Shown one piece after another: positions 13,050 through 25,696 of a stretch of 64,000 nucleotides of DNA (positions are counted from its first letter, which is position 1; every line of letters starts with the position of its first letter). Origin of the DNA: Leucoraja ocellata. Its lineage: Eukaryota. Location: assembly GCA_036785375.1 (NCBI GenBank), contig JAWMAR010000013.1, forward strand, positions 1,240,001 to 1,304,000, written 5' to 3'. The position numbers were made by a program, and so were the translations under genes. The notes under the pieces were generated by a model. That model searched no databases, was not told the origin of the DNA, and was given only the letters and a program-made list of their open reading frames with translations.

Positions 13050-13244
13050 AAAGACAAGACGCAAAATGCTGGAGCAACTCAGCAAGACAGGCAGCATCTC
13101 TGGAGAACAAAAACAAATGGGTGACGTTTCATAGGAAACACCACCCATTCCTTCTCTCCAGAGATGCTGTCTGCCCTGCTGAGTTACTCCAGCATCTTGC
13201 GTCTATCTTCAATGTAAACCAGCATTTCCAGTTCCTTTCTAGAC
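13050..13244. mobile_element. Penelope-derived fold-back insertion nested in an older copy (about 12960-13315)
   Basis: Inverted arms around about 13132; atgtcatct(g/a)cc at 13038-13049 and 13245-13256. Confidence 0.75.
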
Positions 13245-13604
13245 ATGTCATCTACCGAGTTTTTCTAGAAGTCTTCTTTTTGATCAAGATTCCAAAATCT
13301 GAAGTCTCGTGAATCTCTGATATGTAACAATGATAGGAAGAGCTAAATGGTGCTCCTAAAACAACAAACCCGCAAATTAAGATTTGGAGATTGGAAGTAT
13401 GATTTTTGAAAATTAGTTTCTAACTTGCTTACTTCAAATGACATCATCAGTTCCCACAGCAACTCTTCATAAAAATGGTTTTCTCCAATGTTGCACAGTA
13501 AAATACAACAGAGACATCTAGTGGTTCTAAAACATACCGACAGAAGTGTATTTTTAAAAATCTTCGAGCTCCACAACCCCACCATGGAAAACTTCAACAT
13601 GCAG

Positions 13605-14140
13605 GACTGGGCAATCGTTTCGCTGAACACCTTCCCTCAGTCCGCCTGAACCTACCTGATCTCCCGGTTTCTAAACACTTTAATTCTTCTTCCCAATCCT
13701 ACACAGACTTTTCAGTCCTAAGTCTCCTCCATTGTCAGAGTGAAGCTAAACGCAAATTGGAGGAACATCATCTCATATTTCGCCTGGGCAGCTTATAACC
13801 CAGTGGTATGAATATTGATTTCTCCAACTTCAGGTAGCCCCGGCATTCCCTCTCTCTCTATCCCTCCCCCACCCAAGTCGTACCAACTTCTCGTTTTTAC
13901 CTAACAAACAGCTAACAATGACTTGTTTCCTTTATCATCGTTAATTTTTTGCATATCTTTCAATCATTGTTTTTTATTTCTCTACATCATCGCCTAAATC
14001 CTCCGTTTCCCTTATCCTAACCAGACTGAAGAAAGGTCTTGATCCGTAAACATCACCCATTCCTTCTCTCCAGAGATGCTGCTTGTCCCGCTGAGTTACT
14101 CCAGCTATCTGTGTCTATCTTTGGTCATTCCTGCAGTCTG
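13605..14140 (+). mobile_element. Penelope-like element 3' fragment (GIY-YIG C-terminal part, pLTR, decayed hammerhead at about 14026-14055)
   Basis: Reverse-complement similarity to 61750-61985 (GNRFAEH...KLEEHHLIFRLG). Confidence 0.85.
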
Positions 14141-14399
14141 TCTATATTACATTCTACAGAAAGATTCAGACACTGTTAAGAATATATCCCAAAAGGATTA
14201 CTTGAAACACATTATATTGGCAAAGGGGTGGATTATATCTCTCAACATCCACTTCAGTAAGGGAACTGTACATAATGATAATGAGAAAGACATTCACATC
14301 CTTCTTTAGTATAATCCACAAACTTCATCTCCCCACAGCCACAAGTGCATGAAGAGTATTTTGCCTCTCTACTGGAGTGACTACACACAGATCAATTAC

Positions 14400-14519
14400 C
14401 TGTCAGCTTCATCAACAACTAGCCACTGTACTCGCTTAAAACAAATATTCTTTGTGTTTTTTATATGGTCCACCAACCGACCTGGAGTCGATATAAGAAT
14501 GTTGATACCTTTACGTAAC
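14400..14519 (-). CDS. DDX31: DDX31 coding exon 10 ([19 protein letters not shown]...WLVVDEAD, motifs Ib and II)
   Basis: ttccag|...|gtaatt, 120 nt, phase 2-2; TPGR and DEAD box. Confidence 0.96.
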
Positions 14520-14642
14520 CTGGAACGAAAAGAATACACAAATCTTTAAGCGATCCGTCCAAATAGAACAATTTTTTCCTTAGCTTTCGCTTGACAAACT
14601 GATGTTTTATTTTCCTTGCGTTACCAAGTTTCCCAGACATAC

Positions 14643-14707
14643 CTGGCTTTCTCAGATTTCCGCTTTTCTCCTCCCATCAGCACTCCTGGTACAATCCACA
14701 TAAACGG
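14643..14707 (-). CDS. DDX31: DDX31 coding exon 9 (PFMWIVPGVLMGGEKRKSEKAR)
   Basis: taatag|...|gtatgt, 65 nt; GGEKRKSEKAR is diagnostic of DDX31/Dbp7. Confidence 0.96.
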
Positions 14708-15896
14708 CTATTAAAAGAATGAACAGCTAATGAGGAGGTTGTCTAATAAAATTGTCAGGTAAGGTTCTAATCTGTACAATCAGTTTCAGTTCCTTTAATT
14801 AACGCAGGTTTCAGAAATTGTGGCATAGATATCATTAAAGAAATAAATGATCAATGTGCATAAACACTGGTTAAACAGGATATAATTCTGACCATAATCC
14901 TACAGCAAAGGAACAGGGGAGAGCACACACAAGATCTGAAGGATACCAGAAACAAGTCAAAATAGCAGACGACAAAAAAAATGGACTCTCTTTTCTCGAG
15001 GGAAAATACGATAGAATGACTTATCTTAAGTTAATACAAAGAAGTGTTGTGTTTTGAAGCACTAAAATATAATTAAGTGAACCAAGACAAACACCAAAAA
15101 ATTCACCCTGAAACTTTGGCAGATAGAACATCGGCTCAGTAACAGTAAACAGAATAGTAGAGAAGTGATGCTTTTTGGATTGGAGGGGTACATGCAAGGA
15201 AGTCCCCTGGTGTCAGTACCAGGATCATAAGTTTCTTATGTATGACTAGTTATCATTTTGGGCAATTTATTTATCAATTAAACTATCAAGGGGTCAAACA
15301 AGAGTTTTGACTATTGCATCAATGTCAGACAATAAACAGAATGGGGCCTGCACTAAATTACTTCTATTTAAATATTAATTCACATTGTAATTAGAATATA
15401 AACAGCCATAGAGAATGGTATAGTGAATTATGGTAGCCATACAAGCATTGCACAACAACGGTACATCAAAGACACAGCTGAGTAACCAGATATAGGGCCA
15501 ATGTTTTGACAAGAAAAATAATACAAAGATGCAGATGATAGATATATTTTGCCTATTGTTCACTTCTGCACCATTATTTAATTGTAGCATTCGCCAAATA
15601 TTTCACAACTGGTGCCAAATTCAAATGTGGTTAGTTTACAACCTTTAATCAATTATTTTTTAAGTTCTCAAAGGTGGGCTGTGTGCAGAAAATCAAAGGA
15701 AAACCACAACATCTGAACAATAGATGCCTCTCATTTCTTGGTTCTTTCTCACTTAAATATTTAAATATTTTCAAAAGTGATCCATCTTAATTGTCACCCA
15801 TTCGGCTTATGACATGCATGATCATTTGATCAACATTTCCAACAATGTTAATATGGAAATAATTATCAGTCTTCAATCCCAATGAGATTCTCTCAC

Positions 15897-15938
15897 CTTG
15901 ATCAATTTCTGCACAGTAGCAAAGCTTTGCAGGGCCAG
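15897..15938 (-). CDS. DDX31: DDX31 coding exon 8 (LALQSFATVQKLIK)
   Basis: atctag|...|gtgaga, 42 nt, phase 0-0. Confidence 0.93.
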
Positions 15939-15944
15939 CTAGAT

Positions 15945-15965
15945 AGAGAGAGAGAGAGAGAGAGA
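15945..15965. repeat. (GA)n microsatellite
   Basis: Direct reading. Confidence 0.9.
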
Positions 15966-16039
15966 GGGGGAGAGGGGGAAAGACATTGACAATGTTTAAT
16001 ATCTCAGACCATACATACCATCTCTTCATTTAAACATCC

Positions 16040-17220
16040 TTAACGTCCAAGTTAAATACTCTTGCTGAATGACCAACAAAGAACCTTCTATAATGTCTCC
16101 AATTATTGCATCTATCCCTCCAATTAGCACACTACCCTTCTGTATGGAATGATTTCAGTAGACATGGTTAAATCCCCCTCTGCTGATCAGCAGCGATAGA
16201 AAATAGTCTCAGCAATAGGATAGGTGAGATGTGTACTGTAGGGATAAGTACATTTAAATTCCCCAGATGTCAGGACTGGGACCACAAGTTTTCAGAATTG
16301 TAATGATTTGGACTTGGATGTAGCTAATATCTAAATCTGTAAACGGCACCAATAAAAAAAAAACGAAAATGTGGCTAAAGAAAGTTGTCTGGAGATAATG
16401 GGGAAACTGTGGCAGGTAAGCTTTAATGCCAAGTAAATTGTTACTTTTGGTAGGAAAAATGAGGACGGGCAATATAAACTAGTGCATAATCCTCATAGAA
16501 AATCAAGTACAAAGATATCCAGGGGTATCTGTCTAGGGTTCATTTAAAGTAACAGTGCAGGTTAAGAAAGTAGTTAAAAACATATATGCACTGTCAGGCA
16601 CTTAGTGGAGGCAGATTCCACTGGAACATCCTGTAAATAAAAAAGAACAAACTTGAACATGTGTGAGGGTGAGACCGGGACTAAATGGATTTCTCTTACA
16701 TTCAAGAAGCATGGACTCAATTGGCTGAATAGCCATCTTCCATGCTGTATCAAATTTGAGAAGCTGCAAGAAACCAAGAAGTGCACAGTGGTGCCATTCA
16801 GACGCTATTGAAGTTAGGATCCAGGCTTTTTGTTTGAAGCCTACGTTATTATGATGCTGTTTACTTTTAGACTTTGGGGATACAGCGTGGACACAGGCTC
16901 TTCTGACCACTGAGTCTGCACCAACCTGCATTTCTGGGAATAATACCGAAGGTTCAGGATCAGTTCATTCCAAAGAGGAAGAAAGATTTTAAGGGGATTA
17001 AGAGGTGACTGTGGCTGACAAGGGAAGTGAAGGACAGTATAAAAAAATAAAAGAGAAGTATAACATAGCAAAGATGAGCAGGAAGCCAGAGGATTGGTAA
17101 ACTTTTAAAGAGCATCAGAAGATAACTAAAAAGGCAATATGGGGAGAAAAGATGAGGTATGAAGGTAAGCTAGCCAAGAACATAAAGGATGATAGTAAAA
17201 GTTTCTTTAGGTATGTGGGA
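16040..17220. mobile_element. Cluster of decayed CR1-like LINE fragments
   Basis: ccccagatgtcagg, RT-like remnants, aaggatgatagtaaaagtttctttaggtatgt (KDDSKSFFRY). Confidence 0.5.
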
Positions 17221-17301
17221 ATAACAAAAATGCAAAAAGTTACAGTCTAACCCAGAATTCCACAATTCAATATTGTTAAATTATTCAAATTGTTAAATTA
17301 C

Positions 17302-17346
17302 CTCTCTAGTTGGAACAATGACAATTGCATATGGTCCATCAATGCG
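17302..17346 (-). CDS. DDX31: DDX31 coding exon 7 (RIDGPYAIVIVPTRE, motif Ia)
   Basis: taacag|...|gtaatt, 45 nt. Confidence 0.94.
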
Positions 17347-18979
17347 CTGTTAAATGGAAACAAAAGAGAATGTTCAAACAACCAGTAATTTTTGGTGGTC
17401 AACGTGATGAATGATTTTCCTTTCCAATAATAAAATGTTAATTGATCGCATATGTAGGAGCTCCAAGAGGAACACACTTAATGACTGTAAATCTACATCC
17501 TGAAAAAAAAAGGCTAACCGGTTCCTGTTATCATTTTATCTACAATTCCTCAGCTAGGAAAGAGAAAAGAAAACAGCATATATATATGCAAAATAAAAAG
17601 AAACTCAAAGAAAGTTTATCACTAATCTCCAACTTATATTCTGAACCAAAATAAAATGTGATAGCAGTCTAGCAGCTGTCAGAGCCGTTATTGGCTTTTC
17701 AATGATAAAAAATCGTCCTTACCACAGCCACGTTTGTTTTCTTGGTTTACCACAGCCATAATTTATTCATTTTCAGGATCAGATCATAACTGAAACACCT
17801 ATATTTTTTTACCATCCTGATCGCCCTGGATAACGTATTGATGAACTGCTACAGTCCTACTGGCAGTGGGTAGAGAGTTCCAGGATTTAGACCCAGTGAC
17901 AATTCTCCCAATGTAGACATTGGACTCCAGATGTTTGTGAGCACTTTGCAATGTTTACAATATTCACTGGCTTGGGAGAAACTTTGCCATGTCAGAATTT
18001 AACAAGACAATAAAACACTCTTGACTCTTGTTCTCATCAGTGTCATGTTAGATTTTCTCCCCTAAGGGCATCAATGAATTAGACGGGCATTTTCAACCAA
18101 CCTGCAATTTTCATTAAAATTCTTGTAATATATAATGCTCAGTAATATACATTATATCTTATATACAACACTGACTTGTTTGTTGCTATTTACTATATCA
18201 AGTCTTTACTATTTTGGTATATCTACTCTAATGCAATTGATTCTGGACCCTGGGAATATGTCAACTTTAATTATACAGAAGATGGAAAATTGGGGAAAAC
18301 TACATTTTCTTTCAAATGTTTACGAGATAAATGGAACAAAAATGTAGATGAATGCTAAGCAATGGAAGATCTCATCACTCACAAGTCTACAGTAACAGTA
18401 CAAAATAAAAGCTTCACATTTCAAAATTTTGTAAAGATATTTAATTCAATATATAATACATTGCTGCATGTAATGCAGAAAAAAAACAAATTATAAACTT
18501 CAAAGCAGAGGCAGAATAGTTTGGTTAAAGTTTCAATATATTTTACCATTTCAACAGTTCATGTTTTGCATTAACTCTCACACACGCCAACTTTTACAGC
18601 CTCACACCATTGTAGCAGCTTCATTAAATTATATTAATTACTAGTTTAAAGTATGGTTTTTTAAATAGAATTATAATCTTGCGAGCCAGATCAACCATAT
18701 TAAAGCAGTATATACAAAATTTCAATAGCTGCCCTGGAACTTGCTTAATATGTGTTTCATGTTTGCTCATTGTCAACTGTAACTATAATCACTGCAGGGC
18801 CCGGTTTATCCCATTCACTTCCGTATACAGACCCATAAACAAACCACAACAGTGTCAATCTTTTTTTTTTTTAAGACTTCAAACTAGACTGTCTTTCAGA
18901 AAAAGACCTTTGATTGTCATAGTGTATCTTAACGATTTGAACATAATTTGTAGGGACTATATTTTGTAAAACTGCTGAC

Positions 18980-19760
18980 AAAACTAAAACTGCCAGTGTG
19001 GTTGACAGAAAGGAAGACACCGGTAGTTCACGGATGTTGGATATATCAATGAACTGGTTAAGTGGCAAAAGTGACAAATGGAAATCAATCAAATTAATGC
19101 ATATGGGGAGGCAACTAACCTAAAGGGATTCCCAACAAAATAAAGGGCAGCAAGTAGTATAGAGGCATCCATACATAAACCAGGTACTGCAGTGATTTTA
19201 TAGTTACATTCAACAATGAGCTAAATTTGAGAATGAGTTCCATGCATCTTGGAATGCATGTCCACAGATCCCTGAAGGGACAGGTAGATGTATTTAAGAA
19301 AGCATACAAGATATTTGCCTTTATTGCTCAAGGCATAGATTGCAAGAACAAGGTGGTTATGTATAAAACATTTGCTAGGTCAAAGTTAGAGCACTGCATA
19401 CCATTTTAGTCATCCCACTACATGAAGAATATAATAGCAAGGGAAAGCATGGAGATGGAAATTACAACAAAGTCATCAAGGCAAGAGAATTCTGGTTTGG
19501 GCGCATGCTAGTTAACTAGGGTAGGTTTCTTTTGAACAAAGGAGATTTGGGGGAGATTTAAGTGGGGCGACTTACACAAGATAAATGAGAAGAAACTATT
19601 CTGCTTTCAGAGAGGACATTAATTGTGGTGGTGAGGGTGCGTGAGAAATTGGGCACTGAATTGGAAATTGGTGGAAGAAATGAAAGGAGATTTAGAACTA
19701 TTATTCCATGCAATAGGTAGTGGAAGTTACTACATGAAAGGACAGTGGAGAAGGAATCCT
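18980..19760 (+). mobile_element. Decayed CR1-like LINE RT C-terminus
   Basis: LGMHVHRSLK...KKAYKIFAFIAQGI...YKTFARSKLEHCIPF. Confidence 0.7.
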
Positions 19761-19964
19761 GTAACAACCCCGTCACTTTGCATCTAAAAATATAAATTAA
19801 ATAAAATTCAGCAATATTTTGCACGCACACTTTTCATGCACTTTAATTCTAGAATGTTAATAATTAGAATTGTAATCTATACACAATGAAATAAACAGTA
19901 GACACTGTACAAAATTTAAAGATCACTCAAATATTTAATGATCAATAGTTAAAGTATAATTTAC

Positions 19965-20029
19965 CTTTATTTTAGGTTGAATAGACTGCAAGGACTGGAC
20001 CAGAGGAACACCAAATGCTAACGTTTTGC
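19965..20029 (-). CDS. DDX31: DDX31 coding exon 6 (GKTLAFGVPLVQSLQSIQPKIK)
   Basis: attcag|...|gtaaat, 65 nt, phase 1-0; completes Walker A TGSGKT. Confidence 0.94.
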
Positions 20030-20234
20030 CTGAATATAAACAACAACATTGAGACTGGGCAAAAACACTTGTTTTATCATGCATTCCCACCTTCAATCCT
20101 AGCCCTTCTCAAACTCACAAATTTTTTCCCTCCAAAAATCAGGCGCTGCTTACATATTAATTTAATAAAATAGATGTAAAAATGTATCAAGTTTTTTGTA
20201 AACTTGCTGCATTTTGCTTCCAACCTTTGTAAAG

Positions 20235-20640
20235 AGGCTCACCGGGATGTTGTCTGGATAGGAGAGTATTAGCTACAAGGAATGGTTGGACAAACTTGGA
20301 TTGTTTTCACTGGAGCGTTGAAGACTGAGGGACCGTCTTAGAGAAGTACATAAAATGATAGGCATAGATGGGATGGACAATAGGAGTCATTTTCTCAGAG
20401 TGGAAATGTCAAGTTCTAGAGCCCTTTGCTTTAAGGTGAAGAAAGTTTAATGGAGATTTGTGAGCAAGAATTTTTTTTCATACATAGGTGCCCGAAACAT
20501 GCTGCCGGGAGAGGTGGTGGAAGCACATACAACACATGAACAGGCAGAGAATGCAGGCAGACAGAATGTTAGATTGACATTATGGTCAGCACAGACATGG
20601 TGTGCTAAACGGCCTGCCCCTGTGCTGTTCAATGTTCTTT
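20235..20640 (+). mobile_element. CR1-like LINE 3' end
   Basis: ggttggacaaacttggattgttttcactggagc...cctgtgctgttcaatgttct tail. Confidence 0.7.
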
Positions 20641-20693
20641 GTTTGACCTACTGCCCATGTAAATGAACATTACATGTCTATCGTACTAATTAC

Positions 20694-20764
20694 CAGAGCC
20701 AGTCTGCGACTGCATCAGAGCATCCTTCCCCTCAAGCAGTACTGGAATCGCTTGCTTCTGAATG
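20694..20764 (-). CDS. DDX31: DDX31 coding exon 5 ([23 protein letters not shown]; Q motif and start of motif I)
   Basis: gtgcag|...|gtaatt, 71 nt, phase 2-1. Confidence 0.95.
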
Positions 20765-21391
20765 CTGCACGAATAAAATAATTATGTAAAATAATTAATA
20801 TTATGAAAGTGAATTAATATTGAAATAAACAAATAACACACTGTCAATTTAATATCTAAGTATTTGCAGTTACCAGAGAGATGAGAGTATTGTAAAGATT
20901 AAACCTCTGCACTAAAATTGAAAAAAGTCCAATTTCTGATCCTGACAGTCTATCAGCATTTTTTATTTTTTATCAGTTTTAAAACCATTTGCATTAAAAA
21001 AGCACCTTACCAAGTGAGAGAAACATCACAAAGGGCAATGAATGTGGGATTTATTAGATTATAGATATAACGTGCTTGCTGAAACAGAAACCAAATTAAC
21101 TGATAATGCAAATTTGTGTCTATATGTACATAAGTTTATTAAAAATCCTGTCTGGCGCTCTTATGAGATTTTGATGATAAAGCATTTGAATTTTTCATTA
21201 ATAAAAATAGAAAATACAGAAGCGATCTGTTGTGGCAGGAACTGTCAAGTTATCAGCTTGCAAACTTTTCAAGAGAGCCTTGAAAACCAAACAAGACTCC
21301 TAGAGCCCAGGGTATTATTGAATAAGCACATTGGTATATCTACTGCAGGAAACAACCATAAATTAGCAATATTATGGAATCTGCTGCTTAC

Positions 21392-21435
21392 CTGGTCATG
21401 AGAGAAAGCTTCAGAACGTTGTTGAGTGTGGAAAC
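21392..21435 (-). CDS. DDX31: DDX31 coding exon 4 (VSTLNNVLKLSLMTS)
   Basis: attcag|...|gtaagc, 44 nt, phase 0-2. Confidence 0.92.
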
Positions 21436-21544
21436 CTGAATAATAAGACAGAAAAAAGTGCCTTTGACCAAAGAGTGTTGGAAAGGAACCTGTAAATTAT
21501 CCTCCATTGCTGTATTTATAAACATTATACAAACTAATTAGGGT

Positions 21545-21572
21545 CTGAAGAAGAGCCTCGACCCGAAACGTC
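21545..21572 (+). ncRNA. Minimal hammerhead ribozyme motif (stem II mutated)
   Basis: CTGAAGA-A-GAGCCTCGACCC-GAAACGTC. Confidence 0.55.
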
Positions 21573-21678
21573 GCCTATTTCCTTCGCTCCACAGATGCTG
21601 CCTCACCCGCTGAGTTTCTCCAGCATTTTTGTCTACCTTTGATTTTCCAGCATCTGCAGTTCCTTCTTAAACATTTCT
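21547..21678 (+). mobile_element. Solo hammerhead-headed Penelope pLTR unit with long TSD
   Basis: ta(t/c)acaaactaatta(g/a)ggtct at 21526-21546 and 21679-21699. Confidence 0.75.
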
Positions 21679-21872
21679 TACACAAACTAATTAAGGTCTC
21701 TTACAGAATGCAAACCTCCAAATCAAGCAGCTCCATGAAATAAAGGACAACAGTGCTACTCGTCAATAAACACAAGTGCCGGATTAACTCAGCGGGCCAG
21801 GCTGCAACTCTGGAGAACAGAAAGGTCAGTGTGGGAAGGGGAATGGGATTTAAAATAGTTAGCAACTAGATG

Positions 21873-22945
21873 ATAGAAACATAGAAAATAGGTGCAGGAG
21901 GCGGCCATTTGGCCCTCGAGTCAGCACCTCCATTCATTGTGATCATGGCTGATCATCTACAATCAGCAACCCGTGCCTGCCTTCTCCCCATATCCCTTGA
22001 TTCCGCTAGCCTCTAAAGCTCTATCCAACTCTCTTTTAAATTCATCCAGTGATTTGGCCTCTACTGCCTTCTGTGGCAGAGAATTCCACAAATTCACAAC
22101 TCTCTGGGTGAAAAAGTTTTTTCTCATCTCAGTTTTAAATGCCCTCCCCTTTATTCTTAGACTGTAGCCCCTGGTTCTGGACTCCCCCAACATTGGGAAA
22201 ACATTTCCTGCATCTAGCTTGTCCATTCCTTTTATAAGTTTCTATAAGATCCCATCTCATCCTTCCAAATTCCAGTGAATACAAGCCCAGACTACCAATC
22301 TTTCCTCATATGACAGTCCCGCCATCCCGGGGATTAACCTCGTGAACCTATGCTGCACTGCCTCAACAGCAAGGATGTCCTTCCTCAAATTAGGAGACCA
22401 AAACTGCTCACAATACTCCAGCTGTGGTCTCACCAGGGCCCTGTACAAGTGCAGAAGGACCTCTTTACTCCTATACTCAAATCCTCTCGTTATGAAGGCC
22501 AACATGCCATTAGCTTTCTTCACTTCCTGTTGTACCTGCATGTTTACTTTCAGTGTCTGGTGTACAAGGCCACCCAGGTTTCGTTGCACTTCTCTTTTTC
22601 CTAATCTGACACCATTGAGATAATAATCTGCCTCCTTGTTCTTGCCGCCAAAGTGGATAACCTCACATTTATCTTCATTATACTGCATCTGCCATGCGTC
22701 TGCCCACTCGCTCAACCTGTCAAGTCACCCTGCAACCTCCTAGCATCCTCTTCGCAGTTCACACTGCCACCCAGCTTTGTGTCATCTGCAAATTTGCTAG
22801 TGTCACTATTAATTTCATCATCTAAATCATTAATATGTATTGTAAATAGTTGCGGCCCCAGCAATGAGCCTTGCGGCACTCCACTCGCCACTGCCTGCCA
22901 TTCTGACAGGGGCCCGTTTATTCCTACTCTTTGTTTCCTGCCTGC
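21873..22945 (-). mobile_element. Young CR1-clade (HER1-like) LINE, 5'-truncated, RT C-terminal half
   Basis: SGVPQGSLLGPQLF, KFADDTKLGG, LYRALVRPQLEYC, FFTQRVVNLWNSLP with frameshifts; tttctatgtttcta tail. Confidence 0.95.
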
Positions 22946-23405
22946 CAACCAATTCTCTTTCCATGTCAGGGATCCAGGTGTAAGGCCTCCGTTATTGCCA
23001 AAGTGCGGGCACTCAAACTGTTGGAATAGCATCTCATATTCCGCTTGGGCAGCTTACTTAACCCCCATCTGGATGCGCACTAATTTCTCCCACTATCCCG
23101 CTCCCTTTCCCCTCCATCGCTTCTTCTGGCCTCATAATTTATTCCACTCTCGCCGTATCTCACAGACCTTTGTCTCATTATCATCTCTGGTCATTGTCCA
23201 TCCATCTGCCAATCTCACCTTTATCCACCTATCACTTGCCTGGCTTTGTCCCATCCCCACCTCTCTTCCACCTTCTGCCTACAATAAGTCTAAAGAAGGG
23301 TTCCGACCCAAAACGTCACTTATCCATGTTCTCCAGAGACGCTGCCTGACCTGCTAAGTTACCTTTTTTCCTCAAGATTCTAGCATCTACATTTCCTTGC
23401 GTCTG
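22946..23405 (+). mobile_element. Penelope-like 3' fragment with decayed hammerhead (about 23290-23317)
   Basis: catctcatattccgcttgggcagctta; gtctaaagaagggttccgacccaaaacgtc; opposite arm at about 21765-21870. Confidence 0.7.
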
Positions 23406-24143
23406 CTACTCAATAAGTTGCTCTAAAACAGAAATACACTCCATCAAAGAAACTCCACAAGCCAGTTACCAGTTATATTTAAAGCTAGGCCAGTTATTTA
23501 GAGCTTGAACACATTTGGAGTTTGAATTTTTCAGTGTTAGTGTGAACATAAATATCCCTCTGAAAGTCTACTGGCAAAATAGTGTATTTTCTCCCATGAT
23601 GAAACACTGACAATAAATGTTAACCATGTAGAACACATTATCATTTATTTTGTTTTAATGAATGTGCCTTTCAAAATAATCATTAGATATACTTGTCGGA
23701 TAGAGGTGCTTGAAGAAAACGGATGGATGGAAAGGGGACAAATTAAAAATGGTCAAGATTATGTAAAAGAAAATGTATTGATGAAATAAATAAGGTGAAT
23801 TCTTTCTATTTTTGATTCAGTTATATCTCAATCACACAATCACAAGTTTAGCATCTTTGTTAGTAAGTGAAAACGCCAGAATTTGACAAAGATCAATAAA
23901 TGAAAAGAACACCCCCAAAATGGACAACACTATAAAAATAAGAAAATTCTAATCTAGACCTGATTTGAGACTTGCATCAAAATTATCACACACATATTTG
24001 ATCCCCTTCATTTTATAAAATAAAACCTCAAAATCTGAATTGCAGTTGCTAGCTTAGAACCAGTATCACAGAGTCCAATTTTAGTCCATCACTACTTTGA
24101 CCCCAACAGATAAGTAAATAATTTGCAGAATTCTGTCACCAAC

Positions 24144-24222
24144 CAGATGTGGATGGAGTTCATCAAGATCATGGAAATGGTTTGTCGTAAAAATGGATTC
24201 TCTCAAAGTTTTCACTGCCTGC
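24144..24222 (-). CDS. DDX31: DDX31 coding exon 3 (QAVKTLRESIFTTNHFHDLDELHPHL)
   Basis: tttcag|...|gttggt, 79 nt, phase 2-0; LHPHL. Confidence 0.9.
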
Positions 24223-25130
24223 CTGAAAATGTAATACAGTACAAAGAGAAACATTACAAAACATACAACATACCATGACATTCACACAATGATCTTCAAA
24301 GGTAAATAATTCCCTTTCAGTTGGTTTTAATTGATAAATTCAGTTTGTTTTCCAAATTTTTACTTTGTATCAGAACTGGTCTATTCTATTACAAGATTAT
24401 CCTTCTCTGATATTAATTCAGTGTTTCTCTCTCCATAGATACGTGCTGGCCATTTCCGGCTCTATATTATTGTTTTCAGCAGCAGCCCTGGCCAGCACGT
24501 CTCTTTGCATTCATTCTCTCACTCTCATTGACCTTAGGAATTTAACCAGATAACTCTGTAAACATGAAAATCATTTGCGCATCCCTGGCCTCAGTCTATC
24601 ATAAGCATTATTGTTATCCTATCCATCTCTTCCCACTCACTATGTAATTTAAAATTAACCTATCTTCTCACTGTTGCTTTTCTGATGAAAACTCTGCAAC
24701 CCAAAATGGCAACTGTCTTTCCACAGATGCAGGTGGACCTGCTGACTGTACCCAATATTTTCTGGTTTTATTTCAGATTGATTAACTGCATAAAAATTGT
24801 ATCAAAATTGTTTTCATATGGAAAGCAAAATTCATGTTTCGCTGTTAAATACCCATCTTATTTTCAAACCTGCAGATTAAGTTATTGTATTATGCTTTTG
24901 TTTCTGATTCTTCTTCTCACGATTGCATATTTGAATTTTATTTACTACTGCATATCAGGCAGGTAAAGGTCACTGAACAAGTAGACACCAAGGAGACAGA
25001 AGGATAATCGGAATAACAAATAACGCACAGTTTATCCTTCCGTCCCTTATTCATCCGAGGGTAAATGTCCATTATCTGTCCAAAAGTCTTTCACTTTGTA
25101 AAATGTACAAGCAAAAGGGCTTGGCTACAG

Positions 25131-25250
25131 ACTTTTTAAACTGTTGGAGAATCAAGCCTTGTTCTCCCCTAATAACCCTCCCTCTGTCTAATGCAAACTT
25201 TTCAACTATTGGAGAATCAAACCCTGTTCTATCCTAAATCCCTCCCTATG
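25131..25250. repeat. Diverged tandem duplication, period about 66 bp
   Basis: aact(g/a)ttggagaatcaa(g/a)cc(t/c)tgttct...ccctccct twice. Confidence 0.8.
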
Positions 25251-25430
25251 CATTCTGTTCAGGAAAAATCTATTTGCTAATGAGATAGCAAAATTACTGG
25301 AAATACAAGAACAGACCTTGGTCTGCTTACTTTCAAAATCAAAAAAGCCAAGAAGCAATGGGCAAATGTGCTTTAGAGTGCAGAACATTGATTTGGTAAC
25401 AAAATGTACTATTTTATCCACAACTCTTAC

Positions 25431-25696
25431 TTATGAATCGCTGGGATTTCAGGATTGTTTCTGAATAGAGAGGAGGTTTTGATAGGATCCATCGTCTTAG
25501 GCTCTCCTTTGTTTCCTGGCTGTTCCATAACTTTTCTTTTCTTTGGAGCCACGCTGGACACCTGCTCTTTTCGACGTTCCTTCTCAACATTACTGTGTAT
25601 TTTTCTCACTGCAGAGGTTGATTGTTTTGCTGATTTGGCAGAAAAAGAGCCACTTCTGGAATTCTGGAATTGCCGTTTTCCTCGATTGGGCTGTGC
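25431..25696 (-). CDS. DDX31: DDX31 coding exon 2 (AQPNRGKRQF...IKTSSLFRNNPEIPAIH)
   Basis: atacag|...|gtaaga, 266 nt open, phase 0-2; KTSSLFxNNP conserved; an alternative in-frame AG lies 6 nt further in. Confidence 0.88.

Noticed and set aside
22653-23357. 234-aa plus-strand ORF
   Set aside because: Antisense to CR1 RT running into a Penelope fragment; chance read-through
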